Assembly (NCBI GenBank): GCA_965215505.1
Contig: OZ244065.1
Span: 2,432,001-2,496,000, forward strand
DNA length: 64,000 nt
Direction: 5' to 3'
From: Capsulimonadaceae bacterium
GTDB taxonomy: Bacteria; Armatimonadota; Armatimonadia; Armatimonadales; Capsulimonadaceae
The notes beneath the pieces are model-generated. The model saw only the letters and a list, made by a program, of their open reading frames with translations. It had not been told where the DNA came from and searched no databases. Both the position numbers and the translations under genes were made by a program. How positions within the stretch are numbered: position 1 is the stretch's first letter; each line of letters begins with the position of its first letter. Positions 63,241 through 64,000 of the stretch are shown piece after piece.

Positions 63241-64000
63241 TCACCGATGGACCCGTATGAAGTGGTCCGCCGTCAGGGTCGGGACCGTGCCGTTCGTGAA
63301 CAGCCTGCGCGACGGCATGTGGCAGGCGACACAGCCGCCCTTCGGGTTCACCGGGCACAGACTGACCGCCACCGTCCGCAGCGGGACCGGGCGGCGTGCC
63401 GCCGCCGCTTCGTGGCAGGTGAGACAGACCGCCTCGTAAACCCTCGTGTTCGTGCTGACGTTCGTGTGGGAGTTGTGGCAGGTGAGGCAGGACAGCGCCC
63501 CGCCGCTGCTCTGGAAGCACCGGCTCTGCGTCAGGCCGGCGGGCTGGAAGCGGTTGGTCTGGTCCGTCGCCGCCGGGTGGGCGCCTGCCATCGCCGCCCC
63601 ATGACACTGACCGCAGAGGGCGAGGAGCCGCGTCGCGGGCCAGGTTTCCAGGCGCTCCATCGGGTCCGCGTCGTACTTGCCTGCCCGCATGAGCGCGACA
63701 TGCGCCCCGCCCACCCCGTGACAGGACTCGCACCCCACCCCGAAGAAGCGCTTCGCGGGGACGACCGTCTCCGCAGAGGGCATCACGGCATGACAATGGA
63801 AACAGGTGCGCGCGTCCGTGGGCGGCAGGATCCGTGCCAGGGCGCGCGGGTCCAGGCCCGCATCGCCGGGCGTCGTGTACCACTTGCCCTGGTGCGGGAA
63901 GTAGCTCATGCGCCATTCCGCCACACTCCCGCCGCCCACGAGCGACACATAGGTCATGCCGGTCTTGCCGGAGCCGAGCGCGTAGTCGAGGGGCTGGATG
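63241..64000 (-). CDS. Multiheme c-type cytochrome (5' end outside window)
   Basis: Six CxxCH motifs visible (CFHCH, CESCH, CGQCH, CLTCH twice, CVACH). The frame stays open to the window edge (..YALGSGKTG..). Confidence 0.9.
   Translation of the reverse strand, partial: IQPLDYALGSGKTGMTYVSLVGGGSVAEWRMSYFPHQGKWYTTPGDAGLDPRALARILPPTDARTCFHCHAVMPSAETVVPAKRFFGVGCESCHGVGGAHVALMRAGKYDADPMERLETWPATRLLALCGQCHGAAMAGAHPAATDQTNRFQPAGLTQSRCFQSSGGALSCLTCHNSHTNVSTNTRVYEAVCLTCHEAAAARRPVPLRTVAVSLCPVNPKGGCVACHMPSRRLFTNGTVPTLTADHFIRVHR

Overview
High-GC bacterial chromosomal window. A diderm envelope (LptF/G permease, lnt) and a prepilin-like/H-X9-DG protein suggest Armatimonadota or a similar lineage; this is inference. 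Main contents: (1) an unannotated 942+ aa ORF running off the left edge that fuses a ~400 aa Arg-block disordered region to a GH42-like domain; (2) a protease-NfeD-flotillin-propeller cluster; (3) a ~21 kb cluster of carbohydrate-active enzymes; (4) a PIN toxin with two tandem antitoxin paralogues; (5) a c-di-GMP-I riboswitch with terminator ahead of a NERD nuclease-domain gene; (6) a REP-associated tyrosine transposase with many GTAG REPs, some inside coding frames, plus a second family of four-hairpin palindromes; (7) housekeeping genes (lnt, holA, ogt, aqpZ, tRNA-Ala); (8) a secreted His/Cys-dyad protein paired with a PepSY-repeat protein, hit by two IS elements whose ends and target duplications can be read exactly; (9) a prepilin-like/TPR/multiheme cytochrome cluster at the right edge. 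The long perfect tandem arrays I found all lie in or against mobile DNA. All family calls come from motif recognition by eye; no database search was run.
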